Shown: piece after piece, positions 62,749 through 64,000 of the stretch
Numbering within the stretch: the first letter of the stretch is position 1
How the letters are laid out: every line of letters begins with the position of its first letter
DNA from: a virus
IMG/VR virus record: IMGVR_UViG_3300009430_000001
Span: 1 to 64,000 of that record
Strand: one strand, 5' to 3'
Length of the DNA stretch: 64,000 nt
Notes under the pieces: model-generated
What the model was told of the DNA's origin: nothing
Databases searched by the model: none
What the model saw: the letters and a program-made list of their open reading frames with translations, nothing else
Translations under genes and position numbers: made by a program

Positions 62749-63329
62749 TGGCGGTCACACGATTGGCTGGCAAGGCATTGCGCGGGGTCTGGCATCGCAA
62801 GCCCTTGAAGGATCTGGGCACCTGGGAGCACACGCGGCAGGCCGTGATGCCGCGGGGAGCCCTGGAGTGGGGGGTGGAACTGGCGCCGGACCTGATCGGG
62901 GCAGGCATGATGATGATGAACATGGAGGGCGCCACGCCACTGGAGCGGGCGATGGCCGGGGCCTTTGATCTCGGCGCCGGGCTGGGCCTGTCGTTCGGCG
63001 GTCGCCTGGCCGGCGGAGCCATCGGAGACGCTGGGGCCAGGCTGGGCGGCGCGACTCGCGCACGGGATTTGCGCCGCGCGGCGAGCACCGGCGCCGGCAT
63101 CGGTGGCTACGTCGGTCCGATGTCGATGATAGTGATGCCCTACGAGAAGCTCAACCCGGCCTATGGCGGTTACGTGGAGCGCATGCAGGCGCAGGGCGCG
63201 CAGCAGCAGGAATTGTCACCGGAGGAATACGGCATGCTTCAGCAGCTGTATCTCAATGCTGCGCAGAGTCCGAAGGTGACGGGCCTGCAGGAGGCGTTGG
63301 GAATGTCGGGGATGCCGATGTATGGCTGA
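62748..63329 (+). CDS. Gly-zipper protein, possibly virion-internal
   Basis: GAGLGLSFGGRLAGGAIG; TGATG coupling. Confidence 0.6.
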   Translation: MAVTRLAGKALRGVWHRKPLKDLGTWEHTRQAVMPRGALEWGVELAPDLIGAGMMMMNMEGATPLERAMAGAFDLGAGLGLSFGGRLAGGAIGDAGARLGGATRARDLRRAASTGAGIGGYVGPMSMIVMPYEKLNPAYGGYVERMQAQGAQQQELSPEEYGMLQQLYLNAAQSPKVTGLQEALGMSGMPMYG

Positions 63330-64000
63330 AGTCGTTGTCAATGAACAGCAGGGCACCGCGCAGCACAAGCGCAATGTGTGGGAGCAGCTTGTCGAGGGCT
63401 TCTATCGTGGTGCAGAGGATCGGTCTTATGAGATAGGTGCCACGCCGGTTGAACACATCATTCACGATGCGGCGTGGAATCCGAAAAACTGGCAGCAGGC
63501 CTATCGCGGCACCGGCGATCGTCCACCGACATTTGCTGAGCGCATTGGTGCGACGATGGGTTTGGCGGTCAAGGATTTGATGCGAGATGGCTCTCGCATT
63601 CCCTACTGGGCGCTCAATCACCCATTGGCGATCTATGGTGTTGCCAGTGATGCAGCGGCAGAAGCGGCGGGGCTGCGGCCTGATTATGCGGCGCTTGAAA
63701 AGCATGCTAAGAAAAACAAGACATCGATTGACAGGGATGTCCTGCAGGCGCAATGGGAAGAGCACATGGGCTTCGACAAGAAGCGCATTCCGCTTGTCAT
63801 TGCCGGCCGCGCTGCTCCATTCATTGGTGCTGCGGCATTGGTGCAAGCGTCCGGCAACCATGATTTGCTGAATCCACTCGAAGGTGGGCGCTCTCCGGGC
63901 TTTGAGGCTGTCATTCCACAAGAGGGGGATCCGACAAAGTCGGCGAATGTGCCGGGTGAAGTAGTTGCTCGTTACCTCTTTGGCCGTACGGGGCGCCTGT
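63322..64000 (+). CDS. Hypothetical virion-region protein, 3'-partial (absent from the ORF track)
   Basis: ATG at 63322 opens MAEVVVNEQQG...DGSRIPYWALNHP...DPTKSANVPGEVVARYLFGRTGRL to the window end. Confidence 0.7.
   Translation, partial: MAEVVVNEQQGTAQHKRNVWEQLVEGFYRGAEDRSYEIGATPVEHIIHDAAWNPKNWQQAYRGTGDRPPTFAERIGATMGLAVKDLMRDGSRIPYWALNHPLAIYGVASDAAAEAAGLRPDYAALEKHAKKNKTSIDRDVLQAQWEEHMGFDKKRIPLVIAGRAAPFIGAAALVQASGNHDLLNPLEGGRSPGFEAVIPQEGDPTKSANVPGEVVARYLFGRTGRL

Noticed and set aside
1-64000. tRNA/rRNA genes
   Set aside because: No cloverleaf with T-loop GTTCRA(A/N)TC in intergenic space noticed by eye; tRNAscan-SE would be decisive

Overview
GC-rich (by eye about 60-65%, with lower-GC patches) segment of a large tailed-phage genome that almost certainly infects a picocyanobacterium (Synechococcus/Cyanobium type). 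Host evidence: phage copies of nblA, a cyanobacterial AbrB-like regulator, a DUF3288-like gene and a sigma-70 factor. Layout: (1) 1-15.6 kb, + strand: mosaic tail-fibre/receptor-binding array with an embedded lysis block (GH24 lysozyme, C39-like peptidase, membrane proteins). (2) 15.6-26 kb: small genes, an internally deleted serine recombinase, an AbrB/sigma/NblA island, M23 peptidase, dNMP kinase, MazG and a degenerate methyltransferase. (3) 26-36 kb: replication/recombination genes (SSB, primase-helicase, PD-(D/E)xK exonuclease, HNH-AP2). (4) 35.4-56.6 kb: a long minus-strand array of small early-type genes. (5) 56.8-64 kb, + strand: probable virion/internal proteins rich in Gly-zipper segments. 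The most striking unexplained structure is three separate cis-motif families: a GC hairpin with a conserved G-N-GGA loop usually 25-30 nt upstream of early start codons (13 close copies), a 17-bp ACTTAGACACAAYGCGG site (6 copies, two forming a perfect 21-bp inverted pair 20 kb apart), and a TACCCTG(A/G) -10-like box 26-31 nt upstream of virion and replication-region genes. No tRNA, CRISPR array, reverse transcriptase, terminase or capsid gene was recognised. Family names come from motif recognition, not database searches.
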